64,000 nucleotides of DNA, from sequence record DRR723986_622; one strand, 5' to 3'. Position 1 is the first letter of the stretch, and every line of letters starts with the position of its first letter. The notes under the pieces are model-generated. The model searched no databases, was not told the origin of the DNA, and saw only the letters and a list, made by a program, of their open reading frames with translations. Made by a program: the position numbers and the translations under genes. Below are positions 52,634 to 62,349 of this stretch, piece by piece.

Positions 52634-53884
52634 TTATTTCTCTAAAATACAAATCCTAAGGAGATTCAATACTGCTACTCCAGTCAATTGTATATTAAGC
52701 ATTCTGTCTTGTGTCAGTTGAAGTTTTTTTGTTTCAATAAAACCTTCTCCCACGCAGGAAATCCAAACTGTACCTACTGGTTTTTCTTCTGTACCTCCAT
52801 TTGGACCAGCGATTCCACTACTAGCTAGTCCAAAATCGGCATGGAATAAATCTCGAACTCCCTTAGCCATTTCTGTGACAGTCTCTTCACTAACTGCTCC
52901 AAAAGAGTTTAAAGTTTCATTCCTAACCTTAAGGATTTCATTTTTGAATTGATTGTGATAGGGTACTACTGCCCCTTTAAAATACGAACTACTCCCGGAA
53001 ATACTGGTTATTAAATGTGAAATGTAGCCTCCAGAACAGCTTTCAGCTAATGCTACAGTTTTCTCATTCGATGTCAAAAGCTTACCAATTACCGTTTCTA
53101 AAGACTCAGAATCATAACCATATACGTATTTCTCAATACTCGGTAAGACCAAATTTATCTGTGCTTGGATATCTTTTTCGATTTCCTCTTTGACTTGTCC
53201 AAAACCTGTAAGTCGGAGCTTGACATGACCTAACGATGGAAGGTATGCCAGCCTTATATTTTTTGGAAGCGCATTTTCCCATTCCCGTATCAAATCTGCT
53301 AGCCAACTTTCTCCAATACCGACGGTTTTGACCATCCGATGCACAATGATAGGTAGAGGAAATAGGGTAGGCAGCTTTGGTAAGACGAAGTCGGTCATCA
53401 ACCTTTTCATTTCGTGTGGTACTCCTGGCATAGACATCCAGTAAGTTCCATTTCTTTCAAACCACATGCCCGGAGCTGTGCCCACTTCATTGGGTACATA
53501 AGTACAACAGGAAGGTAAATGTCCTTGAAGAATATTTAAAGGCGTGATTTCTCTTCCTCGTCTTTTGAAAAACTCTGTAACAGCCTCTACTGCAGCGGGA
53601 TTCTCAACAATTGGGCAGTCAAAGTATTCTGCCATCAATGGTTTGGTCAGATCATCTTGTGTGGGACCAAGTCCTCCGGTAATCAAAATAATGTCAGCTC
53701 TAGCTTCGGCTGAAGTAAATGCCGCCAGAATGTCTTTTCTGTCATCGCCTACAGTGGTTTTACGAACCACCTTGACGCCCATAAGGTCCAATTCTTGACT
53801 GATCCAATGACTGTTTGTGTCCACTATCTGACCATAGAGCAATTCGTCTCCTATGGCTATTATTTCAGCTCTAACTACTTTCAT
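52634..53884 (-). CDS. cinA: CinA (MocF-like pyrophosphatase domain + PncC/NMN deamidase domain)
   Basis: IGDELLYGQIVDTNS, TGGLGPTQDD, GTAPG, PGVPHEM, AESCSGG, GIAGP. Confidence 0.92.
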   Translation of the reverse strand: MKVVRAEIIAIGDELLYGQIVDTNSHWISQELDLMGVKVVRKTTVGDDRKDILAAFTSAEARADIILITGGLGPTQDDLTKPLMAEYFDCPIVENPAAVEAVTEFFKRRGREITPLNILQGHLPSCCTYVPNEVGTAPGMWFERNGTYWMSMPGVPHEMKRLMTDFVLPKLPTLFPLPIIVHRMVKTVGIGESWLADLIREWENALPKNIRLAYLPSLGHVKLRLTGFGQVKEEIEKDIQAQINLVLPSIEKYVYGYDSESLETVIGKLLTSNEKTVALAESCSGGYISHLITSISGSSSYFKGAVVPYHNQFKNEILKVRNETLNSFGAVSEETVTEMAKGVRDLFHADFGLASSGIAGPNGGTEEKPVGTVWISCVGEGFIETKKLQLTQDRMLNIQLTGVAVLNLLRICILEK

Positions 53885-53888
53885 CTTA

Positions 53889-54674
53889 TTATCTCACTTC
53901 TGATTTACGTAGTATTTTTGTGAAAACTGTAGGAACAAATCTCTTTAAGTAAATTCCCATTGTTTCCTTTCCACCGATATAAACTTCTTCTTTTCGCTTT
54001 TTAAGTGCACTGTAGATTTGCTTTGCGCATTCATCAGCACTCATTCCATTTTCTTGCGCTTTGTCCATTTCATTGAGAGGAGTGCCGTCAGCTGTCAGTG
54101 CATTTTTCGAAACATCCGTCTTGATAAAACCAGGGCAGATCATAGTAACTGAAATATTTTCCTCAAAATGCTCTAACCTCAAAGATTCGAAGAACCCATG
54201 AAGTGCATGTTTAGCCGCAGCATAGCTTGATCTGTAGGGCGAGCCAAATTTGCCCACTAGAGATGAAATCACTCCAAATTGTCCACTTTTTCTTTCAATA
54301 AAATGAGGAAGTATTGCCTTTGTAAGAGCTACAGTTCCAAAGAAATTTACTTCCATGAGCTTCCTGTCTACTTCAATTGGGGTATCTCTAATCAAAGAAC
54401 GCTGACTAATTCCACCATTATGTAAGACCGAATCTATATGTCCAAAAGCAGCAATAGCTTCAGCAGTTTTCTCTGCAAATAAGTGCTGATCTACCAGATC
54501 AAGTGGAAGTACTTTGCAGTTTTCAGGATGTGAACTAGCTGTTTTAACTTTTTTAAGTGCTTCTTCATTTCTCGCTGAAAGAATTACTTGATATCCTTCA
54601 TTTACAAATTTGTAAGCTGAGGCTTCTCCAATTCCAGAGGAAGCTCCAGTTATCCAGATTACTTTTTTAGACAT
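53889..54674 (-). CDS. Short-chain dehydrogenase/reductase (DHRS7-like)
   Basis: TGASSGIG, NGGISQR, YAAAK; ATG at 54674 preferred. Confidence 0.9.
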   Translation of the reverse strand: MSKKVIWITGASSGIGEASAYKFVNEGYQVILSARNEEALKKVKTASSHPENCKVLPLDLVDQHLFAEKTAEAIAAFGHIDSVLHNGGISQRSLIRDTPIEVDRKLMEVNFFGTVALTKAILPHFIERKSGQFGVISSLVGKFGSPYRSSYAAAKHALHGFFESLRLEHFEENISVTMICPGFIKTDVSKNALTADGTPLNEMDKAQENGMSADECAKQIYSALKKRKEEVYIGGKETMGIYLKRFVPTVFTKILRKSEVR

Positions 54675-54675
54675 G

Positions 54676-55176
54676 CTACTTGTGTATTCTTTCGTAATTG
54701 ACGTAGGTAAAAGGATATTGATTTCGATCATCAGCAGGATGATGTTCTCTGAAAGTTATCTTCCAGTTTTCCTTATTAAATTCCGGGAAATGAGTATCAC
54801 CTTCAGGCGAGGCATCCACTTCAGTGAGTACCAACTCATCAGACATAGGTAATGTTTGACGGTAGATTTCACCACCACCGATGACATAGAGATGTTCAAC
54901 ATTCATCTTTTGGCAGAAAATAAATGCGCTTTCTACACTCTCAAATACATAATGCCCCTCAGGTACTTTATAGTCCTTATTTCTGGTAATTACGATATGG
55001 GTTCTGTTTGGTAGAGGTTTTCCCAATGACTCAAAAGTCTTTCTTCCCATAAGAATAAAATGGTCGGAAGTGAGTCTTTTAAATCGCTTAAAATCATCTG
55101 GCAATCGCCAAACTAGATCGTTTTCTTTACCAATTACATTGTTGGTGGCCAAAGCGGCTATTAGTGATATCTTCAT
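54676..55176 (-). CDS. folA: Dihydrofolate reductase
   Basis: VIGKEN.LVW.LPDD, MGRKTFES, PLPNR, IGGGEIY, GDTHFP. Confidence 0.96.
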   Translation of the reverse strand: MKISLIAALATNNVIGKENDLVWRLPDDFKRFKRLTSDHFILMGRKTFESLGKPLPNRTHIVITRNKDYKVPEGHYVFESVESAFIFCQKMNVEHLYVIGGGEIYRQTLPMSDELVLTEVDASPEGDTHFPEFNKENWKITFREHHPADDRNQYPFTYVNYERIHK

Positions 55177-55240
55177 GCAAAATCCTTCTTGCCTTGAAGA
55201 TAACAGGCCTTGACACCATATAAAATAAAAAAAGCTAGAA

Positions 55241-56173
55241 TTACTCCTTCTCTATTGAATTCATGATGTTCGGGTATTCCGACATTGTAAGCGATTTAGG
55301 AGAGGATTCATCTATTTCTATCACTTTCATCTCTACTTTTTCAGAGTCTTTGGAGGTGAAAGTCAATTCCATAAAATTGCCTTCAGGCATATTTTTGAAA
55401 TGCTGCGCATATCTTTCTTGCGCTTTTGCAGTCATCATGGGACTATTGGCACCCCAAAAAGATGCATACCCACCGATTGGTTTATCTGTCAGCCAATAGT
55501 AGCCTTCTCCATCTTCACTGACTACATGATACTCCTCGCAGGCATAGCCCAAAATTTCTTTGGAATTCCCCGTTTTTTCAATTGTAACATCGTATTCATC
55601 GCTGGAAGCATCTATTTCTTCATCTATCATTGTATCGAGCTCATCCATATCCAACTTGTACGCGAAACTGGATTTTTCCCCTTTATTATCCAGGAAAACA
55701 ATTGAGGCTTGATTTTTCACATCGAAAACCATTGAAGTGGAAGCTTTTGGGTTTTTTGGATCTATTAATTCCATTCCAGTATAATCGGCCGATTCAGCTA
55801 GATAGGATTTCAAGAGAAAAGGATCCTCAGTCTTTCCTTTTTCATTTGTGCTGATCATTTCGATAACTAGGTATCCAAAAAATTCATATTCATCTTCAGT
55901 ATCTACTGGTTCTCCTAGTCCACCCAATATTTTGGTCATGTCAAAACCTCCCGTAGAAGAACTATCCGATCCATCCCCATACATGTCGGAAAACAACTTC
56001 TCAAGCTGCTTTTCGGTCATTTTGGTTGCTTCTTTTTCTACTTTGTCTTGTATTGCTTTCTCCATGCCTCTATTTGCGGCTTTCTGGATTTTTTTGATGA
56101 ATTGTGCTTCAGCTGAAAAAGATAGTGCTGTGATTAATACTATTATTATGGATATACGACTCAGATTTTTCAT
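55241..56173 (-). CDS. Exported DUF4412-like protein
   Basis: Signal peptide ending AEA/Q; KTGNSKEILGYACEEY...YWLT pattern. Confidence 0.65.
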   Translation of the reverse strand: MKNLSRISIIIVLITALSFSAEAQFIKKIQKAANRGMEKAIQDKVEKEATKMTEKQLEKLFSDMYGDGSDSSSTGGFDMTKILGGLGEPVDTEDEYEFFGYLVIEMISTNEKGKTEDPFLLKSYLAESADYTGMELIDPKNPKASTSMVFDVKNQASIVFLDNKGEKSSFAYKLDMDELDTMIDEEIDASSDEYDVTIEKTGNSKEILGYACEEYHVVSEDGEGYYWLTDKPIGGYASFWGANSPMMTAKAQERYAQHFKNMPEGNFMELTFTSKDSEKVEMKVIEIDESSPKSLTMSEYPNIMNSIEKE

Positions 56174-56272
56174 GATTTTTTGATTTAAAAATTGGTGTAG
56201 ATATTGTCCTTAAGTTCCTTAAAATCAGGTTAAAAATAATATATTTTGCTCTTTTTTCTATAAAAACCCTTT

Positions 56273-57199
56273 TTAATTGAATTTGTAGCCCCGAAGCAAA
56301 TCATCCACCTTCATCCGCTTTTTACCTTCTAATTGAAGTTCTGAAATCTCTAGCACGCCCTCACCCGTTTGGACTTTCAAATAGCTTTTATTGTCAGTTA
56401 CCAAGTCCCCGATTGGCTTACCAGTTGATTGGTTGGAAGAAAAACTTGTTTTGTAAATTTTACAGATTTTCCCGTCAAATTTAGTCCATGCAGCAGGGTA
56501 GGGAGAAAGTCCTCTTACAAGGTTATGTATCGATTCTGCTGAGTTGCTCCAGTTGATCTCACCGGTTTCTTTGAAGATTTTTGGGGCATGATGAATCGCT
56601 TTGGATTCGTCCTGAGGCGTAGGTTCGACTTTATCTTCAGCAATGTCTTCTACTGTTTTAAGAACCAACTGTGACCCAAGGTTCATTAATTTTTCATACA
56701 CAGATCCAAGGTCATCCTCTTTAAGGATTTTTATTTTTTCCTGATAAATAATACTACCAGTATCGATCTCATGCTTAAGGAAAAAAGTGGTAACACCGGT
56801 CTCTTTATCTCCATTAATTATAGCCCAGTTTATAGGTGCAGCTCCTCGATAATTTGGCAAAAGAGATGCATGAAGATTGAAGGTGCCTAATGGAGGCATA
56901 TTCCATACTGATTCAGGAAGCATTCGGAATGCTACCACAATTTGTAAATCAGCCTTAAGGGCACGAAGCTCATTCTGGAATTCCGGAGACTTTAGATTTG
57001 TAGGTTGAAGAATATTCAAATTCAACTTAAGCGCAGCCTCTTTTACTGGCGAAGGAATTAACTTTTGTCCACGTCCTTTAGGCTTATCCGGAGCTGTAAT
57101 CACACCTACGATATTCCAACCATTTTCTACCAACAACTCTAAAGAAGGCACTGCAAACTCAGGAGTGCCCATATAAATGATTCGAAGATTTTTATTCAT
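56273..57199 (-). CDS. fmt: Methionyl-tRNA formyltransferase
   Basis: YMGTPEFAV, PDKPKGRG, NLHASLLPNYRGAAPINW, GLSPYP. Confidence 0.97.
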   Translation of the reverse strand: MNKNLRIIYMGTPEFAVPSLELLVENGWNIVGVITAPDKPKGRGQKLIPSPVKEAALKLNLNILQPTNLKSPEFQNELRALKADLQIVVAFRMLPESVWNMPPLGTFNLHASLLPNYRGAAPINWAIINGDKETGVTTFFLKHEIDTGSIIYQEKIKILKEDDLGSVYEKLMNLGSQLVLKTVEDIAEDKVEPTPQDESKAIHHAPKIFKETGEINWSNSAESIHNLVRGLSPYPAAWTKFDGKICKIYKTSFSSNQSTGKPIGDLVTDNKSYLKVQTGEGVLEISELQLEGKKRMKVDDLLRGYKFN

Positions 57200-57210
57200 A
57201 GTGAAGTTGA

Positions 57211-57238
57211 TTTGAAATTTGAAATATAGAATTTGAAA
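57211..57238. repeat. Heptamer micro-repeat TTTGAAA x4 (one degenerate copy)
   Basis: TTTGAAA TTTGAAA TATAGAA TTTGAAA upstream of the fmt start. Confidence 0.5.
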
Positions 57239-57436
57239 TATTCAAACTCAATTATTGATAAGGCATTTCGCAAAACAGAGCCTGTAGGTTCCTAACTATT
57301 ACTAGCAATGACCTTAGCAAGGCTGAACTGAATTTGAAAGAATTAACGGTACTATACTCAAAAAGTAAATAAAGGGCGAAAGTTTCGTTTGCTTCATGCT
57401 ATTTTGCGGTCTCATAGAACAAATTAAAGCAGTCCT

Positions 57437-58654
57437 TTGAACCTTTCCTATTTCATTGCCAAAAGAATCAGTTTCAAGAAAGCTGGTGGGTTTTCGGCCA
57501 CTATACATAAAATTGCAGTAGGAAGCCTAGCGCTTGGGCTTGCAGTTTCTCTTGTTTCCTTTATGGTTTTGGGAGGTTTTCAAAGCACCGTTTCCGAAAA
57601 AGTCTACGGCTTCACAGGTCACTTTCAAGTGCAGCGATTCACAATGAGTAATGCATTCGAAGAGGCTCCATTTTCTTTAAATTCAGAGTTTAATAAAACT
57701 TATCATGAACTTCCGTTCATTACCAAGGTTCAGTCTTTTGCTCACAAAGCGGCTTTAATCAAAGGTGACGAAGAAGTAGAAGGTGTATTGATGAGGGGGG
57801 TGGGTCAGGATTTTGATACGCTAGGATTCAAAAAGTATGTGGTTGATGGTAGAATGCTTCAGATTCCTGATGAAGGAACAAGCAATGAAGTTATGCTAAG
57901 CCAATTCATTGCTAATAAACTTTTGTTAAAAGTTGGAGATAAGATCACCCTATATTTTGTACAAGATCCCCCGAGATATAGAAGAGTCGAAGTAGTAGGA
58001 ATCTTTCAAACCTATCTTGAAAACTTTGATGAGAAGATTATAATTGGTGAGCTACAAACGATCAGAAATCTAAATGACTGGACTAAAGATCAGGTTGGTG
58101 GTATGGAAATTTTCGTTGATGACTTTAATAATACTGATTCATACTCAGCTCTTATAGAGGATTATATGGATTATGATTTAAAGTTGATTAAAAGTAAAGA
58201 TAAATTTTTAGAGATCTTTGACTGGCTGAGTCTGTTGGATAACAATGTCTATGTGTTCATTGGTTTGATTGGCTTTGTAGCAATCTTTAATATGGGGGCA
58301 ATCCTCTTTATTTTGATCATGGAACGAACCCAAATGATCGGCTTACTCAAAGCTTTGGGTTCTACTAATCAACAAATTCGAAGGATATTCTTTTGGAATG
58401 GAATCAACATCCTGCTGCGGGGAATGCTTATAGGGAATGCAATTGGATTAGGAATCGGTTTTTTGCAGGATAAATTCAGACTTATTCCTTTAGATGCTGA
58501 AAGCTACTACATGAGCTATGTCCCAATCGATTGGAATTGGATAGCATTTATTTCTATAAATATTGGGATTGTTCTGCTTACTGCAGCCGTATTATGGATA
58601 CCTGTTATGGTGATCTCAAAGGTAGACCCTATTCGGTCGATCCGCTTTGATTAG
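57437..58654 (+). CDS. LolC/E-like (MacB/FtsX family) ABC transporter permease
   Basis: YFIAKRI, N-terminal TM, large periplasmic domain, MERTQMIGLLKALG, YYMSYVP; TTG start. Confidence 0.88.
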   Translation: MNLSYFIAKRISFKKAGGFSATIHKIAVGSLALGLAVSLVSFMVLGGFQSTVSEKVYGFTGHFQVQRFTMSNAFEEAPFSLNSEFNKTYHELPFITKVQSFAHKAALIKGDEEVEGVLMRGVGQDFDTLGFKKYVVDGRMLQIPDEGTSNEVMLSQFIANKLLLKVGDKITLYFVQDPPRYRRVEVVGIFQTYLENFDEKIIIGELQTIRNLNDWTKDQVGGMEIFVDDFNNTDSYSALIEDYMDYDLKLIKSKDKFLEIFDWLSLLDNNVYVFIGLIGFVAIFNMGAILFILIMERTQMIGLLKALGSTNQQIRRIFFWNGINILLRGMLIGNAIGLGIGFLQDKFRLIPLDAESYYMSYVPIDWNWIAFISINIGIVLLTAAVLWIPVMVISKVDPIRSIRFD

Positions 58655-59384
58655 CCTTGTAAGGATTGAAAATACTTTTGATTTTCATTGATATTACACC
58701 AAATCCAGCTTCCTTAAAAATACCTGGACTCATCTTGGACAACCCTTTAGTTCGGTCAGTGAAAATAATTGGGATTTCTACCAGCTTAAACCCTAGTTTC
58801 CAAGAGGTAAATTTCATTTCTATCTGGAATGCATAGCCTACAAATCGAATCTCGTCAAGTTTGATCCCTTGCAATACTGATTTATGATAGCATTTGAATC
58901 CTGCTGTGGCGTCTTTGACAGGTAGTCCGGTGATGAATTTTACATATACGCTGGCGAAGTAGGACATCAATACTCTGCCCATAGGCCAGTTTACAACATT
59001 CACTCCTGTAATGTACCGTGAACCAATGGCGAGGTCAAAACTCCGGTCTGCACATGCTTCATAAAGTCGAATTAAGTCATTAGGATTATGTGAAAAATCG
59101 GCATCCATTTCGAATATGAAATCATAATCTTTCTCTAAAGCCCATTTAAAGCCTTTGATGTAGGCTGTTCCTAAGCCTAACTTTCCCTTCCGTTCTAGTA
59201 GATGAAGCCTATCAGGAAAAACAACCTGTTGACTTTTTACCAAATTCCCAGTTCCATCCGGACTCCCATCGTCGATCACTAATAACTCAAATCCACCCTC
59301 CAGATTCATGACCGCGTGGATCATGTCTACGATGTTTTCCTTCTCATTAAAAGTTGGGATTATGACGAGTTTACGATGGTTCAT
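58629..59384 (-). CDS. Polyprenol monophosphomannose synthase (DPM1-like GT2)
   Basis: IIPTFNEKEN, DDGSPDGT, KLGLGTAY, EMDADFSH, GSRY, DATAGF, GYAFQIE; ATG at 59384. Confidence 0.9.
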   Translation of the reverse strand: MNHRKLVIIPTFNEKENIVDMIHAVMNLEGGFELLVIDDGSPDGTGNLVKSQQVVFPDRLHLLERKGKLGLGTAYIKGFKWALEKDYDFIFEMDADFSHNPNDLIRLYEACADRSFDLAIGSRYITGVNVVNWPMGRVLMSYFASVYVKFITGLPVKDATAGFKCYHKSVLQGIKLDEIRFVGYAFQIEMKFTSWKLGFKLVEIPIIFTDRTKGLSKMSPGIFKEAGFGVISMKIKSIFNPYKANQSGSTE

Positions 59385-59399
59385 AGCTAGGGCAAAGGC

Positions 59400-59467
59400 C
59401 AAAAGTAAGGCTAAAGACCGATTTTAGAAGAGTGGTGACTATAAATTTTGGTTAAAGTATAGATTTG
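59400..59467. promoter_or_regulatory. Divergent promoter pair
   Basis: TACTTTTG on the - strand (59400-59407) and TAGATTTG on the + strand (59460-59467); both support the shorter start choices. Confidence 0.55.
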
Positions 59468-59485
59468 AGTAAAAATTTAGCAAGA

Positions 59486-60361
59486 ATGATGCATGTAGCT
59501 ATTGTAAGTTATTTCTCAGTTGGGGCGTATGATAACAATACACTCGATGAAAATCAAATGTTGTCGGAAATTCTATCCGAACACCAAATTCCTCACAAGA
59601 TTGTAAGTTGGTCTGATCCTGAAGTTAAATGGGAGCAGTTTTCTCTCTTGCTAATCAAGTCAACATGGGATTATTTTGACTTTTACCCTGAATTTTTGAC
59701 TTGGATAGACAAAATCAAAAAGCTGGGCATCCCTGCCTTAAATAGCATGGATACTATTCGTTGGAATTCTTCGAAAAGATATCTTCTGGAAATTGCATCT
59801 AAAGGTTTTCCAGTAATTGCTGGGATGATTTTAGAAAAGGGACTGCCATTAGTAAAAGAAAAAATAGCTTCAAAAATTAAAACTGAAACTTGGGTTGTTA
59901 AGCCCTTAGTGAGCGGCGGAGCGAAGAATACCCTGAAAATTAGTGGGAACGATTGGGATCAACATATTGAAAAAATTCAAGCATGGGTGAATGAAGAAGC
60001 ATTCCTGGTCCAACCTTTTGTCCCTGAAATAGAACGGGTAGGAGAGTATTCACTTATTTTTTTCAATGGAAAGTTTTCCCATGCAGTACTGAAAACTCCA
60101 GCAAGCAAAGATTTCCGGGTTCAACATTATTTTGGAGGAACGATAAAACAGATTCACCCATCATCTTCTATGCTGGCTTCATGCCAAAATCTCATAGATG
60201 AATTCGCCTCAGAAAGCCTGTATGTCCGAGTAGATGGGGTGGAAATAGATGGCGAGTTCCACTTAATGGAACTGGAAATGATCGAGCCGTACTTGTTTTT
60301 AGGATTGAGTGAGCAGGCTGTTAGTAATTATAAGAAAGCTATTATGGAGCGGTTGAGATAG
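59486..60361 (+). CDS. ATP-grasp ligase (RimK/GshB superfamily, DcsG-like)
   Basis: WSDP, IKSTWDY, WNSSKRYL, VVKPLVSGGA, QPFVPEI, DFRVQHYFGG, RVD, LMELEMIEP. Confidence 0.82.
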   Translation: MMHVAIVSYFSVGAYDNNTLDENQMLSEILSEHQIPHKIVSWSDPEVKWEQFSLLLIKSTWDYFDFYPEFLTWIDKIKKLGIPALNSMDTIRWNSSKRYLLEIASKGFPVIAGMILEKGLPLVKEKIASKIKTETWVVKPLVSGGAKNTLKISGNDWDQHIEKIQAWVNEEAFLVQPFVPEIERVGEYSLIFFNGKFSHAVLKTPASKDFRVQHYFGGTIKQIHPSSSMLASCQNLIDEFASESLYVRVDGVEIDGEFHLMELEMIEPYLFLGLSEQAVSNYKKAIMERLR

Positions 60362-60396
60362 CAGCTTTGAAGTTTTAAGATTTCTTTATTTCGAGA

Positions 60397-61128
60397 TTAA
60401 TTAGCTGCTGCCAAGCCTAAATAATTTAAGCATTGTTGCTTTTTTGCCAAAGCTTCCGTGTGCTTAGGGTTTTGCGCCAGCACAGCATCAAAATCTTCTA
60501 AAGCCCATTTTAAAAAACCTGCATTCATATAGGCAAACCCACGATTGTAGCGGCCTACCATGTTATTTGGTTCTCTGCTGACATAAGAATTAAAGGAAGC
60601 TGCGCATCCCAAGGCATCTCCCTGATAAGCTAGAGCCATTCCTGTGTAGTAATAAACCTGGGCATAATCAGGATTCAAATCTGCTGCTTTTCTTAGAAAC
60701 TCCTCAGCTTTTTTGAACCTACCATTCATTAACATCGTCCGACCAAGGAGATACATAATGTCAAAATCTTCGGGATTTAATGTAGCAGCTCGAAGAATCA
60801 TGGATTCTGCATTTTCATAATCCTTTTGCTCAAAAAGTAGTTTAGCCAAACCTCCATACCCGTGGGCATATTCCTTATCTATGGATATGATTCGCTCGTA
60901 GTCTGATTTGGACTTTTCTATTTCTCCCAGCTCTTCGTAGCACCTCGCACGAATATGCAATGCTTTTATATCAGTGACGTTAAAAAAAAGGTATGAATTC
61001 AAATGTGAAATTGCCTCCTCATATTGCCCATTATTGAATTGTTGCTCAGCCTTTTGAAGGCTGCTGGAGCAAGAGCTGCCTATAATTAGTATTAAAAGGA
61101 TAGGTAAGGTACGTAAAAGTCGTTTCAT
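60397..61128 (-). CDS. TPR-repeat lipoprotein
   Basis: Lipobox GSSC; several 34-aa TPR-like repeats. Confidence 0.85.
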   Translation of the reverse strand: MKRLLRTLPILLILIIGSSCSSSLQKAEQQFNNGQYEEAISHLNSYLFFNVTDIKALHIRARCYEELGEIEKSKSDYERIISIDKEYAHGYGGLAKLLFEQKDYENAESMILRAATLNPEDFDIMYLLGRTMLMNGRFKKAEEFLRKAADLNPDYAQVYYYTGMALAYQGDALGCAASFNSYVSREPNNMVGRYNRGFAYMNAGFLKWALEDFDAVLAQNPKHTEALAKKQQCLNYLGLAAAN

Positions 61129-61140
61129 GACTAAATGAAC

Positions 61141-61192
61141 AAAAAAATAGGGATTAGGAAAAACTTTCTATGTAAAATTTTCCTAATCCCTA
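61141..61192 (-). terminator. Terminator downstream of hisB
   Basis: 15-bp perfect inverted repeat TAGGGATTAGGAAAA / TTTTCCTAATCCCTA; A run on the left gives the U tail on the - strand. Confidence 0.72.
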
Positions 61193-61248
61193 CGAAATTT
61201 TCAGAAATAACCCTTTCGCATGTAGAAAAGACTATACTCTGCTGGTTA

Positions 61249-62346
61249 TTAAAGAACTCCCTTCGTACTTGGAAGTTGGTTGATATTTCTAGGATCACGC
61301 ATTACAGCCATTTTTATAGCTCTCGCAAAAGCCTTAAAAATCGCCTCTATTTTATGATGTTCATTATCTCCTTCTGCTTTTATATTCAGATTGCACTTGG
61401 CAGTGTCAGAAAAGGACTTGAAGAAATGGAAAAACATCTCTGTAGGCATGTCGCCCACCTTCTCACGCTTGAACTCAGCATCCCACATCATCCAAGGCCT
61501 TCCGCCAAAGTCAATTGCTGCCTGTGCCAGTACATCATCCATAGGAAGTAGAAACCCGTATCGATAGATTCCTTTTTTATCTCCAAGAGCTTTTAAATAA
61601 GCTTCTCCAAGCGCTAATCCTGTATCTTCTATTGTATGATGCTCGTCAATATGTAGGTCACCATTTACTTTAATCTCTAGATCTGTGCTTCCATGTTTGC
61701 CAAGTTGCTCAAGCATGTGATCAAAGAAATGCAAGCCAGTTTTGATATCACAGTGGCCGTTGCCATCCAGATTTAGCTTGATATAAATATCAGTTTCTGA
61801 AGTTTTACGGATTACCTCGGCTGATCTAGGAGGCATTTTCAAAAACTCATAAATCTCATCCCAGTTCGTTGTGCTCAACGCTGCATTTTCTACTTTTTTA
61901 CCAATGAAAATCGCCTTGGCTCCTAGATTCTCGGCAAGCTTCACATCTGTAAGTCTATCTCCGATTACATAGGAATTAGCCAAGTCATATTCATCAGAAA
62001 AATATGCTGTCAGAAGACCAGTGTTTGGCTTTCGGGTTGGCGCATTTTCACTTTCAAAAGTCTTGTCGACGTGTATTGCTTGGAAGAATATATTCTCTTG
62101 TTCCAGCGTTTTTAGCATTTTAAATTGTGCTGGCCAAAAGGTGTTTTCAGGAAATGAATCGGTTCCTAACCCATCCTGATTGGTAACCATTACCAATTCA
62201 TAATCAGTCTCTTCAGCAATTTTGCGAAGGTTAGAAATCGCCTTCGGCAAAAACTCTAACTTTTCTAAGCTATCTACTTGAAAATCAGTTGGTGGTTCTT
62301 TGATGATGGTTCCATCACGATCTATAAAAAGGACTTTCTTTTTCAT
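61249..62346 (-). CDS. hisB: Bifunctional histidinol-phosphatase/imidazoleglycerol-phosphate dehydratase
   Basis: FIDRDGT HAD motif, [36 protein letters not shown]. Confidence 0.97.
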   Translation of the reverse strand: MKKKVLFIDRDGTIIKEPPTDFQVDSLEKLEFLPKAISNLRKIAEETDYELVMVTNQDGLGTDSFPENTFWPAQFKMLKTLEQENIFFQAIHVDKTFESENAPTRKPNTGLLTAYFSDEYDLANSYVIGDRLTDVKLAENLGAKAIFIGKKVENAALSTTNWDEIYEFLKMPPRSAEVIRKTSETDIYIKLNLDGNGHCDIKTGLHFFDHMLEQLGKHGSTDLEIKVNGDLHIDEHHTIEDTGLALGEAYLKALGDKKGIYRYGFLLPMDDVLAQAAIDFGGRPWMMWDAEFKREKVGDMPTEMFFHFFKSFSDTAKCNLNIKAEGDNEHHKIEAIFKAFARAIKMAVMRDPRNINQLPSTKGVL

Positions 62347-62349
62347 GGT

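Noticed and set aside
58629-58654. 26-bp 3' overlap of the convergent permease and GT2 genes
   Set aside because: Short convergent overlaps are common and both proteins look complete
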